A DNA stretch of 36,852 nucleotides from a virus (Duplodnaviria > Caudoviricetes), in the IMG/VR virus record IMGVR_UViG_3300043932_000246, positions 1-36,852 of that record. One strand, 5' to 3'. The translations under genes were made by a program, and so were the position numbers. Positions 8,652-17,484 of this stretch are shown here, in pieces (the first letter of the stretch is position 1; each line of letters begins with the position of its first letter). The notes under the pieces were generated by a model. That model worked only from the letters and a program-made list of their open reading frames with translations. It was not told the DNA's origin and ran no database searches.

Positions 8652-10850
8652 CTATTTACTATTAAACATTGAAAATTCTTCAAACTTTGAGATATTATCA
8701 ACTTCTTTTACATCAACATAATTAGCCCTTTTAAATTGCTTCATATCGATGTAATTTCCTTTTGCCGGAGGCATAGCATAATATTTATACCCTGCATGTC
8801 CCGACTTTGAAGTTAATTTTAATTTAGACAATGCTGCACTCAATTTTTTAGTGTTGCACCCTCTAGGTTTGCCAATTATCTCAAATACATCACTGGCTTT
8901 CATCCAGTATCTAAGTTCATCTTTAAAATTAAAATTACTCATAATCAACAGTGCCGTTTCATCTAAAGATTGATAGATAGAATTGTACTCATTTATCTGC
9001 TCTATTTCTTCTTTTGTGAAATAATTCGTTTCCTTTCCACTTTCCCACAGATATACAGCTTCACCCCATACTTTGTCCATATCAACGTCATGATTATAAT
9101 CAATAGAATCACATTTTAATACCCACCATCTCCGGTTACCGGTATCGTCATTAAGAAACTCTTCATCATTAACAGTTGTCACAAATTGAGTATATCGTCT
9201 GTAGTCTTTAGCACCTAAGCCATATGGCACACGAAACCTGTCACTTGGTCTTGTTATAAAATTTTTAAGATCATCTATTTCACTTTTCTTAAAAGTTGAT
9301 GACAATTCGCCAATTTCAGTAAACCATGCAGCAGTAGCTTCCATAAGACTATCCTTTTTTCTTAATTCAAGTTCTTTACCCTCAAGAAAATATAATTGTT
9401 TTTCATTAGTTGTAAATTTCTTAGGCACTAAATGTCTGAACCATGAAGTTTTACCTATACCCTGCTCCCCGGCCAATACAAGAACACCCTGTGAACTTAC
9501 TATATTTTCACTTAGTATTAACATAACTGCATTTACAAGTGTTTTTCTTATATATTTTTCCTTAAATTTTTCACTTGCTATATCACAATGAAGAGTATTG
9601 TATAACTCCTTCAAACATGAGTTACCATCCCATTTAGCTCTACACTCTAATAAATAATCTCTTACAGGGTTGAATGTATTTTGTATTGCAATTCGATAGA
9701 GTTGTCCTTCAACCTGTTTAGGTGGTATTTTTAGATGATGAATTAAACACTTATCTTTAATTGTATATATAATCTCGTTGTCCATTTCTCCCTGCAATTT
9801 TCCATCTTTAAATATAAATGCTTTCCTATTTATTTCATCAAATTTGGCTTCATACCCATAGTGATGCATAACAGATACTATATTCTCCATAACAGGTAAT
9901 ATAGTAGTTTTGTTTCTACTTTGTTCTACAAATTTAGGGTTAAAAGCAACTGGTATCAAATCAAGATCTTTTTCAGTTTCTTCTGATTTCCATTCCTTAG
10001 ACTTATCAATTAAATTTTGTAATTTATCCTTGTCATTACCACCTTTTTTTAGCCAGTCAGATATATCTCCTTTTTGAGGCAAACCATCAAGTTCTATAAT
10101 CTTAATACTTTTTGCAATACCATTAAAGCTATTAGCAATATTTTTCATATGAGCTCTGCCAGGCTCGTCATTATCAGATATTAAAATAGCATCACAATTT
10201 TTAAAATATTTATTATATTCATCTCTCCATTTAGATCTTTGAGAACTCTTTGAAGCTCCATCAAAATTAGTCGTTGTCACAAATCCTAACTTTGATAAAT
10301 TCTCACAATCTTTTTCCCCTTCAACAATACATACCGGCTTACCATTATTGACAGCTTGCATAACTTCTGGTAAATTATAAATAACAGGTTTACATAACTC
10401 AAACTGTTTAGATGCTGCATTATTTCTTTTCTTCTTACTCCAGCTATTACTACCAGGATATGTTTCATAGTATGTTCCTCCATCTAATCCCCAGACTGTG
10501 GCACCATCTATAATCCGCCTTTGAGTAAATCTCTTAGGTTTAAATCTAACTTTGTCAAATAAAACTTTGTTATCTTTATCCTTGTAATGGTAAACTGCTT
10601 CAATATTCATTTTTGAGCTGTTTTTTTCAAGTGGCTTGTCAAATAAATCACTCATTTTAAGACCAACACTATCTAAAATTTTTCTAACTTCACACCCTGC
10701 ATGACAATACAAAATTGTTTTACCTTGACATTTATCATATTTAATTGATAATGAAGCCTTATTGTCTGGATGCACCGGGCAAATAGCTTTACAACTGTCC
10801 CCATGATCTTCTTTTATTGTAAAATGTGCTTTTATATCGTTGAAATTCAT
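8652..10850 (-). CDS. Primase-helicase (zinc-binding + Toprim + VirE/VapE ATPase)
   Basis: CPVHPD..CHAGC zinc finger; IVEGEKD and DND Toprim motifs; Walker A GEQGIGKT; FRVPYG and DDTGNRRW VirE motifs. Confidence 0.92.
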   Translation of the reverse strand: MNFNDIKAHFTIKEDHGDSCKAICPVHPDNKASLSIKYDKCQGKTILYCHAGCEVRKILDSVGLKMSDLFDKPLEKNSSKMNIEAVYHYKDKDNKVLFDKVRFKPKRFTQRRIIDGATVWGLDGGTYYETYPGSNSWSKKKRNNAASKQFELCKPVIYNLPEVMQAVNNGKPVCIVEGEKDCENLSKLGFVTTTNFDGASKSSQRSKWRDEYNKYFKNCDAILISDNDEPGRAHMKNIANSFNGIAKSIKIIELDGLPQKGDISDWLKKGGNDKDKLQNLIDKSKEWKSEETEKDLDLIPVAFNPKFVEQSRNKTTILPVMENIVSVMHHYGYEAKFDEINRKAFIFKDGKLQGEMDNEIIYTIKDKCLIHHLKIPPKQVEGQLYRIAIQNTFNPVRDYLLECRAKWDGNSCLKELYNTLHCDIASEKFKEKYIRKTLVNAVMLILSENIVSSQGVLVLAGEQGIGKTSWFRHLVPKKFTTNEKQLYFLEGKELELRKKDSLMEATAAWFTEIGELSSTFKKSEIDDLKNFITRPSDRFRVPYGLGAKDYRRYTQFVTTVNDEEFLNDDTGNRRWWVLKCDSIDYNHDVDMDKVWGEAVYLWESGKETNYFTKEEIEQINEYNSIYQSLDETALLIMSNFNFKDELRYWMKASDVFEIIGKPRGCNTKKLSAALSKLKLTSKSGHAGYKYYAMPPAKGNYIDMKQFKRANYVDVKEVDNISKFEEFSMFNSK

Positions 10851-10880
10851 AGCTTGTCACCAACTTCATTATTTATTACA

Positions 10881-11072
10881 TCAATCATTATCTTCGTAAC
10901 TATTTCCCTCTAAAAATGAATTTAAGGCTTTTTCACTTACTATATAACGCTTTCCAACTTTGATAGCTTTTAGCCTTTTTAGAGTTATAGCCCTGTAAAT
11001 ACCTGTTTTACTTAATTTTCCTTCATACTTATTGCAAATCTCATCTACGGTATAAATCACCGTCGTTGACAT
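10881..11072 (-). CDS. Excisionase-like HTH_17 protein
   Basis: YTVDEI...IYRAI...LKAIKVGKRYIVSEKAL. Confidence 0.8.
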   Translation of the reverse strand: MSTTVIYTVDEICNKYEGKLSKTGIYRAITLKRLKAIKVGKRYIVSEKALNSFLEGNSYEDND

Positions 11073-11074
11073 GT

Positions 11075-11374
11075 CTATTCCTCCTTATCATATTTACCTG
11101 CAGGTCTTACGTCATAATATTTCATACCGTCAACTACTTCCAAATCCAATACATAGGATTGGTCCGCTACTACAGTACCAATTTCTTTACCATTACCACT
11201 AAGGGTTATAAAAATCGTGTTCGGTAGATCCTTAATCTTTTCAACTTCTACCCTTGAAACCTTGTCCTTTTTGAGTTGAAAATGATTTACCGTTACTTTA
11301 CTGCCTTCAGGAATATCAAATACCTGAGGTTTGCCTACTTCAATCTTTTCTACTTCAAAAATGTATTTACCCAC
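11075..11374 (-). CDS. Hypothetical protein
   Basis: GTG start at 11374 after AAGGAGG, overlapping the cro stop. Confidence 0.7.
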   Translation of the reverse strand: MGKYIFEVEKIEVGKPQVFDIPEGSKVTVNHFQLKKDKVSRVEVEKIKDLPNTIFITLSGNGKEIGTVVADQSYVLDLEVVDGMKYYDVRPAGKYDKEE

Positions 11375-11585
11375 AGTTTTTATCCTCCTTCTCATCATCA
11401 TTGAAAAATAGTTCTTTAGGATCTACATTAAGAATATGAGCTATTTCCAACATTAAACATCTTCTTGGTTCTGCTGTACCTTTTTCAATTTTGCATAAAT
11501 ATTGAGGGCTAATACCTAATCTTTTTGCTAGCTCACCCTATTTTATACCTTTTTTGACCCTTTCAGCTTTTAATTTATATTCCAT
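11367..11585 (-). pseudogene. Cro-like XRE HTH gene with in-frame amber stop
   Basis: Manual translation MEYKLKAERVKKGIK*GELAKRLGISPQYLCKIEKGTAEPRRCLMLEIAHILNVDPKELFFNDDEKEDKNCG; TAG at 11538-11540. Confidence 0.9.
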
Positions 11586-11604
11586 AAAATTACCCCTTTT
11601 CTTA

Positions 11605-11701
11605 TAAACTGTAGTTTATATTTTAATTATATAAATAAACTACAGTTTAGTCAATACTTTTTTTAAACTCTAGTTTATTTTTTTAAATTTCATGTTATAC
11701 T
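11605..11701. promoter_or_regulatory. cI/cro switch with three operators TAAACT-NN-AGTTTA and divergent promoters
   Basis: Operators at 11605-11618, 11636-11649, 11664-11677. Leftward TTGACT(11654-11649)-17-TATAAT(11631-11626); rightward TGnTATACT at 11693-11701. Confidence 0.85.
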
Positions 11702-11723
11702 TAATATAAAGGAGGCTGAATTT

Positions 11724-12221
11724 TTGTTTAAAGATAAATTAAGAAAAATTAGGAAAGATAATAATCTTACACAATCACAATTTGGTAAAATAATAGGTGT
11801 TACTGGAGCTTACATACAACAATTGGAAAAAGGTATTAAGAAAAATCCATCACTAGGGATAGTCTTTAAAATATGTAATAAATTTAATATTAATCCTGTA
11901 GATCTTATAGACTCTAACTCAGAATTATTAAATGAATTTATAAATGGTTTAGATGAAAATGAAAAAGATGAGGTAACTGATTCTTTATTTAATAATGAAT
12001 TTAATAAAATAGCTAATGTTCTAGAAGATAATGGATATGAAATAAACCGCATTTCATCAAACGGCCATGAATTTGTAGAAATATTAAAAGATGATTGTAT
12101 TGTGTCAAAAATGTTAGATGTTGACTTTGTTAATTACGGAAATATAATGATGGACTCTATAAATAAATTTATTCGTTTTAGTATAGAAGATTTTTTAAAA
12201 AATCATAATGATCCGCACTAA
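11724..12221 (+). CDS. cI-like XRE repressor
   Basis: LRKIRKDNNLTQSQFGKIIGVTGAYIQQLEKG HTH; divergent from cro. Confidence 0.9.
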   Translation: MFKDKLRKIRKDNNLTQSQFGKIIGVTGAYIQQLEKGIKKNPSLGIVFKICNKFNINPVDLIDSNSELLNEFINGLDENEKDEVTDSLFNNEFNKIANVLEDNGYEINRISSNGHEFVEILKDDCIVSKMLDVDFVNYGNIMMDSINKFIRFSIEDFLKNHNDPH

Positions 12222-12441
12222 TTAATAAATGATATCTATAAATCTATTAGAGGAATGACTTTCAATTACATCATTAAAGATAAGTAAATTCGCCCTTCAT
12301 ATGACCCCAATAAGGCTATTAAAATCAATTAGACTGTAATTATATTCTTAATACATAAATACTCTTAAAATGGTTCTATGTAAGTTTTAGAGTAATATTA
12401 TAGATTGAATAAAATAATTCATATAAAGGAGTTGATCCCCT

Positions 12442-13017
12442 GTGGACAATACTGCTAAAAGCAACACTTACACATACGCTGATTATATGAAATACCCTGA
12501 AGGGGCAAGGATAGAACTTATAGGCGGTGAGATATACAATATGTCCCCGGCACCATCAAGAATACACCAGGAATTAATTACCGAATTAGTAACCATATTT
12601 AATAACTATATCAAATCCAATAATGGAAATTGCAAGGTATATCCCTCGCCCTTTGACGTATTTCTCACTGATGATGATAACATTGAAAGCTGTAAAAACA
12701 TTGTTCAACCCGATATATCTGTAATATGTGACAAGAATAAACTAAATGATAAAGGCTGCATAGGTGCCCCAGATCTAATTATTGAAATAGTATCACCCTC
12801 TAACCCGTCTAGTGATTATGTACGTAAATTATGGCTGTATGAAAGTTTTAAGGTGCGTGAATACTGGATTATAAATCCTATGAATAAAAGTATATTGATA
12901 TACAAACTTGATGATACAATGCATTATGGAGCTCCTAAATCTTATTCATTTACGGATAAAATAAAAGTTGGGATATACAAAAATTTAGAGATTGATTTCA
13001 ATACTTTAGATATATAA
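12442..13017 (+). CDS. Uma2 (DUF820) family PD-(D/E)XK endonuclease
   Basis: ELIGGEIYNMSPAPSRIHQ, QPDISV, PDLIIEIVSPS and VREYWII motifs. Confidence 0.92.
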   Translation: MDNTAKSNTYTYADYMKYPEGARIELIGGEIYNMSPAPSRIHQELITELVTIFNNYIKSNNGNCKVYPSPFDVFLTDDDNIESCKNIVQPDISVICDKNKLNDKGCIGAPDLIIEIVSPSNPSSDYVRKLWLYESFKVREYWIINPMNKSILIYKLDDTMHYGAPKSYSFTDKIKVGIYKNLEIDFNTLDI

Positions 13018-13048
13018 TTCATAATATTTAAAAAAGGATGGTGGTTAA

Positions 13049-14260
13049 ATGGCCGTAACTGTAAGAGAATATTATTCTAAAAGATTGAAAAAGAAAATTT
13101 TCGGATATGAAGTAGACACCATATTGCAGCATAAACGTATTTTTAAATCTAAAAGAGGGTTTCTAACTAAAAAGGAAGCCAGGGATGCTGGAAAGGATTT
13201 AGAATTAAAGTTAAAGAAAAAAGCAAAACAAGGATATGATATTGAAGATGTAATCAACAAAGATAGAAATAAAATCACAATTGCCGAATTAATGGACCTG
13301 TGGCTGAATGCAAAAAAATCTACTGTGAAGTATTTAACTTATAAATTTTATGAATTATTTGCAAATAAAATAAAAAAGGATTTAGGAGACATTAAAGTTA
13401 GAAGCCTAAAACCTGAGAATATAGAACTAAAAATTAATACATTGCTTGATACTGTGAGTTCCACAACTGCAAGCGATTATTATACCGTTTTAAATATGGC
13501 CTATAATTGGGCCATTACTAGAGAATATGTAGTAAGAAATCCCTGTAGCTTAGTAAAAAAACCTAAAAGAATAAAGAAGGAAATGCACGTATATAATACA
13601 GAGCAGCTTAACAAACTTTTAGATGCCATTAGAAATAAAACTATTTATATTCCCGTAATGTTAGCAGCTACTACAGGAATGAGACTTAGTGAAATTTGTG
13701 GCCTTAAGTGGGAGAACGTCAATCTTGATAAAGGATTTATAGAGCTTGAACATCAGCTCCAGGAAGAGGAAAAACAACTTGAACTGGTATCACTAAAAAC
13801 ACCCAGCAGCCAGAGAAGAATCGTTTTATTTGACTACACTATTGAAGAATTAAAAAAGCTCAGACTACAACAGGAAACAAACAAAAATTATTTAGGTGAC
13901 AATTACCATGATAATGGATATGTGGTGTGTCAAAGTAATGGATTACCTTATCATCCTACATACATATCAAGGAACTACAGACGTATTTTAAAGGATATTA
14001 AGCATAAGGTTACCGTAGATGGTAAAACTAAAAAAATGAGATTATATGAGCTTTTAGACATACCATTAATAAGATTCCATGACTTAAGACATACCCACGC
14101 AACATTTTTGCTTTCGGAAAGAACCAACCCTAAAATAGTAAGTGAAAGACTCGGCCATTCCAGTATAAAAACAACCTTAGATGTTTACGCTCACGTACTC
14201 CCAGGTATGCAGGAACAAGCCATTGATAATTTAAATAAAAAGTTTCTGCCAAAAGAGTGA
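13049..14260 (+). CDS. int: Tyrosine integrase
   Basis: GMRLSE, FHDLRH, RLGH and DVYAH catalytic motifs; lies next to att. Confidence 0.95.
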   Translation: MAVTVREYYSKRLKKKIFGYEVDTILQHKRIFKSKRGFLTKKEARDAGKDLELKLKKKAKQGYDIEDVINKDRNKITIAELMDLWLNAKKSTVKYLTYKFYELFANKIKKDLGDIKVRSLKPENIELKINTLLDTVSSTTASDYYTVLNMAYNWAITREYVVRNPCSLVKKPKRIKKEMHVYNTEQLNKLLDAIRNKTIYIPVMLAATTGMRLSEICGLKWENVNLDKGFIELEHQLQEEEKQLELVSLKTPSSQRRIVLFDYTIEELKKLRLQQETNKNYLGDNYHDNGYVVCQSNGLPYHPTYISRNYRRILKDIKHKVTVDGKTKKMRLYELLDIPLIRFHDLRHTHATFLLSERTNPKIVSERLGHSSIKTTLDVYAHVLPGMQEQAIDNLNKKFLPKE

Positions 14261-14283
14261 GAGCTTTTATTTTTGAGCCTTAA

Positions 14284-14308
14284 TCCCGGTTCTTTTCTCC
14301 GGTTTTTT
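14284..14308 (+). repeat. Putative arm-binding repeats, element 1 right end
   Basis: TCCCGGTTCTTTTCTCCGGTTTTTT matches the left-end motif. Confidence 0.65.
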
Positions 14309-14311
14309 TAT

Positions 14312-14347
14312 AAAAATAACGGTTGTAATTTCTACAACCGTTGATTT
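14312..14347. terminator. Hairpin terminator beside the att copy
   Basis: AACGGTTGTA-atttc-TACAACCGTT. Confidence 0.7.
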
Positions 14348-14350
14348 AAC

Positions 14351-14396
14351 TGGTGCTCCCAGCAGGAGTCGAACCTGTGACCTACTGATTACGAAT
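14351..14396 (-). repeat. att core copy 2 (junction between the two elements)
   Basis: 46 nt identical to the tRNA 3' half at 36726-36771. Confidence 0.97.
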
Positions 14397-14490
14397 GTGT
14401 ATCACTGCTTTTTCTTGTATGCATTATAATGTTATAATCCTTTGTATAAAGCCATTTATATAATCTCTCCTGTTGTATTTTATCGTGAAT

Positions 14491-14533
14491 TTGGAGACTA
14501 TTTTATATGAGTAGTCTCCAAATAGTCTCCAAT
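14491..14533 (+). repeat. Putative arm-binding repeats, element 2 left end
   Basis: TGAGTAGTCTCCAAATAGTCTCCAAT (14508-14533) matches 36630-36655 with 1 mismatch; an inverted copy TTGGAGACTA lies at 14491. Confidence 0.75.
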
Positions 14534-14918
14534 CATATTGGGACAATCCATGAATTTAATTACATAAAATAAAGAGGAGTGCTCTTTAAAATATACCCCT
14601 TTCTCATTTCTGATGACTCTCCATTTTGGGTTATTCCTTTTTGAATTATAGTTAAATAAAAAGGGGCTCCGTATTTTGCGAGACCCTTCTGTATTGAAGA
14701 TAATTAATTAAATGTCTCTTAAAACCTAATATATAGCCATTTCATTTTTTAATACGTACCCGTCCATACTTTATTATATCAAACTATGGTAAGTAAAATT
14801 TTATATAATTATTGCTATATACTTTTTCTCTACGATTGTGTTACAGAACACAATAAAAATAAAGTACTTTCAATCTAATTTCTAGTTTATTTTTATGTAT
14901 TAATGTTCAGTCTTTATT

Positions 14919-16289
14919 TTATAAACAAAATAAATTATTTAATTGGATTAATGAATTCATTATAGATCGATAAAAAACTGCATATAATTCCTCATAATTT
15001 CCTTCATCCGCTTTTTCAAGAGCAGAATAATACTCTGATTTATGACGTGAATCTATATATACTGGCGGTAAACCTTTTAATTTAAACAGCCAGTTTAGCA
15101 TAGCTCTAGATACTCTACCGTTGCCATCTTGAAAAGGATGTATTATTGTCAATTGATGATGTATTTTTACAACTTGATCTATATAATCTACATAATTATA
15201 TTTATCCATATTATCAACTAATTTATCAATTACTCCACCTAAATCAAATATTTTTTCATTTATTAGAGCGTAATCAACTGTTTCAACATAAGCTCCTTCT
15301 ATATAATTACTATTTGTCCTTATTACACCACCCAATTCAGGATGAGGAGAATATATATATAAAATTTTATGGAGATCTTTTATTGAATATACTGAAATAT
15401 CATCATCTGTTTCTAAAATATATTCATACATCTTACTATGACCTAATACCTCTATTACATCCTTATTCTTATAGTTACAAAACTTACTATCTTGTTCATT
15501 TATTCTTAAATCTGTTACTATCTCAGCTATTTGCTCCTGCGTTAATTTAACACCTTCAAGCCTATTTTCATTGTATATAAAGTCATTCTTAAATTTATAC
15601 CAATTGGCTAGATTATTATCTGCAATAATATAGGAATAAGAATTAATTATATTTCTTAATAAATTAATATCATATAATGGTAAACCAATTTGAAGCCTTT
15701 TTTTATCAGGTTTAAGCTTCTCTATTCTTTTATTTAAAATTTTTGAATGTATATCTCCTTGTAATTTACCAAGTTTATAAGCTATTGTACATGCACATGA
15801 TTTAAAACTCACTCCAAAATAATCAGCTATATACACTACATCTTCTAAAGATACTTGTCCATTTTTTTCATATTTTTGAACTTGTATTTCTAAATATTCT
15901 ACTGGCATTAATAATCTCGAAGCAAATTCATTGGCAAATTTCTCAATCGGATTTCCGCTTCCAATTGGACAACAAATACTTTCGTTATTTCTATCTTTTA
16001 TATGATGGCATAATTCATGAGCAGCTGTAAATCTTTGTCGTGTAGCAGGCCTTTTTTTATTTATAGCAACTAATGGAATATCATTCTCATTTTCAGGTGC
16101 AACATAAATACCCTCTAATTTCTTAAATTCCCTTGGCACTATAATGACACCAAAATCTTTTAATATCCTAAAGGGATCTAATGGAAAAGAGGGTTCTACA
16201 TCTTTGAAATATTGTTTAATTACTTCTTTAGCTAGAACTTCCGGAGAAACAACATACTGAGTAAAATCATAATTTTTCAAGTAATTCAC
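14919..16289 (-). CDS. ImmA/IrrE metallopeptidase - Fic domain fusion
   Basis: RQRFTAAHELCHH (HExxH) and EKFANEFASRLLMP in the N-half; HPFQDGNGRVSR Fic motif in the C-half. Confidence 0.9.
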   Translation of the reverse strand: MNYLKNYDFTQYVVSPEVLAKEVIKQYFKDVEPSFPLDPFRILKDFGVIIVPREFKKLEGIYVAPENENDIPLVAINKKRPATRQRFTAAHELCHHIKDRNNESICCPIGSGNPIEKFANEFASRLLMPVEYLEIQVQKYEKNGQVSLEDVVYIADYFGVSFKSCACTIAYKLGKLQGDIHSKILNKRIEKLKPDKKRLQIGLPLYDINLLRNIINSYSYIIADNNLANWYKFKNDFIYNENRLEGVKLTQEQIAEIVTDLRINEQDSKFCNYKNKDVIEVLGHSKMYEYILETDDDISVYSIKDLHKILYIYSPHPELGGVIRTNSNYIEGAYVETVDYALINEKIFDLGGVIDKLVDNMDKYNYVDYIDQVVKIHHQLTIIHPFQDGNGRVSRAMLNWLFKLKGLPPVYIDSRHKSEYYSALEKADEGNYEELYAVFYRSIMNSLIQLNNLFCL

Positions 16290-16608
16290 GTTTTTTTTCT
16301 CTCAACTTTCTTTTTAATTTTATTAAATTCATTACTTCCTTTTTATCTGAATTCGATAATTTTTCATCCGTCCTAGCAAATACTGTACCTTTTTTAAAAT
16401 TATCACCATGAATTAGTTCATCTATACTCCAACCATAAATTTTTGAAAATAAATTTAATTCAGAATCAGAAACGTACCTTCTACCATTCTCAATATCTGA
16501 TATAACTCTTTCTTCTAAACCTAATAAACTACCAACATATCTCTGCGATAAACTTAAATATTCACGTGCTTTTTTTAAGCGTCTCGATAATTCTAAATCT
16601 ATACCCAT
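16267..16608 (-). CDS. XRE-family HTH regulator
   Basis: RLKKAREYLSLSQRYVGSLLGL...ISDIENGRR; GGAGG RBS before 16608; overlaps the downstream gene. Confidence 0.9.
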   Translation of the reverse strand: MGIDLELSRRLKKAREYLSLSQRYVGSLLGLEERVISDIENGRRYVSDSELNLFSKIYGWSIDELIHGDNFKKGTVFARTDEKLSNSDKKEVMNLIKLKRKLREKKRELLEKL

Positions 16609-16715
16609 AATTATACCTCCTTTATTTATAGTATATACTATTTTTATATAAAAAAACATATTTTTTATATATTTTTATTGCATTTTATTATTTTTGTGGT
16701 ATAATACACAATTAT

Positions 16716-17213
16716 TTATATATATTTATGAATTTTATTTCTAATAACTTTTTTTAGTATATTCACACTTATTGCAATTAATGGAATTAATAATATAAAT
16801 ATAAGATGATTAAATCTAAATACAAAATATATAAAATAAATTAATATAAAACATATCCCCAAAAATAAACCACAACCTGAGTACTTAATAACAATATCAT
16901 TATCACCAATTACTGGAATTAACTTTAATAATGCTATTATAATACCACTAACACATAAGATTCCTCCAAAATATACTATAGCTGTGCTCCAATATTCTAT
17001 TTTATTTAATATAATATGATTATAAAATACTGCTTCTTTAGGTAAACAAACATAATTATTAAATCCAAGTAAATTTATAATATTTACAATATAATAATCT
17101 ATTGAATTAACCATGAAATAATATATTTCAATAAGCAAAAATACATATACTATTTTATAAATATTTAACTTTTCAAATATATTTTTAACAATATCTGTAA
17201 TAATATCATCCAT
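16716..17213 (-). CDS. Multi-pass membrane protein
   Basis: 165 aa with about four hydrophobic stretches. Confidence 0.7.
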   Translation of the reverse strand: MDDIITDIVKNIFEKLNIYKIVYVFLLIEIYYFMVNSIDYYIVNIINLLGFNNYVCLPKEAVFYNHIILNKIEYWSTAIVYFGGILCVSGIIIALLKLIPVIGDNDIVIKYSGCGLFLGICFILIYFIYFVFRFNHLIFILLIPLIAISVNILKKVIRNKIHKYI

Positions 17214-17484
17214 TATTTTAATTTACCCTTCAGTCATATATTTATAATATCACTTCTCCACAAATTTCTATATTCCTGCTATTTTTTACAAAAAAATAAG
17301 AAGATTCGCATTTCACAAATCCTCTATTCTTCAAATAACTTTAGGTATAGTCATTTTAACCACACCCAACTCTAATATGAAATTTATAATCTCTTTTCTT
17401 CTCATGTAGGTAGTACTTCTCACACCACCATATATCTCATTTGCTATCCACCCAACACTTTTTTAAGATTGGCCTATATTACAT

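Larger units (their letters stand above)
83..14396. mobile_element. Element 1: ~14.3 kb PICI-like phage satellite integrated at tRNA-Thr
   Basis: Bounded by tRNA 3'-half direct repeats (83-127, 14351-14396). Contains integrase, cI/cro, excisionase, primase-helicase and a TerS-like gene; no structural genes recognised. Confidence 0.85.

Noticed and set aside
11538-11540. Element-wide TAG recoding (alternative genetic code)
   Set aside because: Other genes in both elements are uninterrupted and several end in TAG (e.g. primase, hicB, second uma2).
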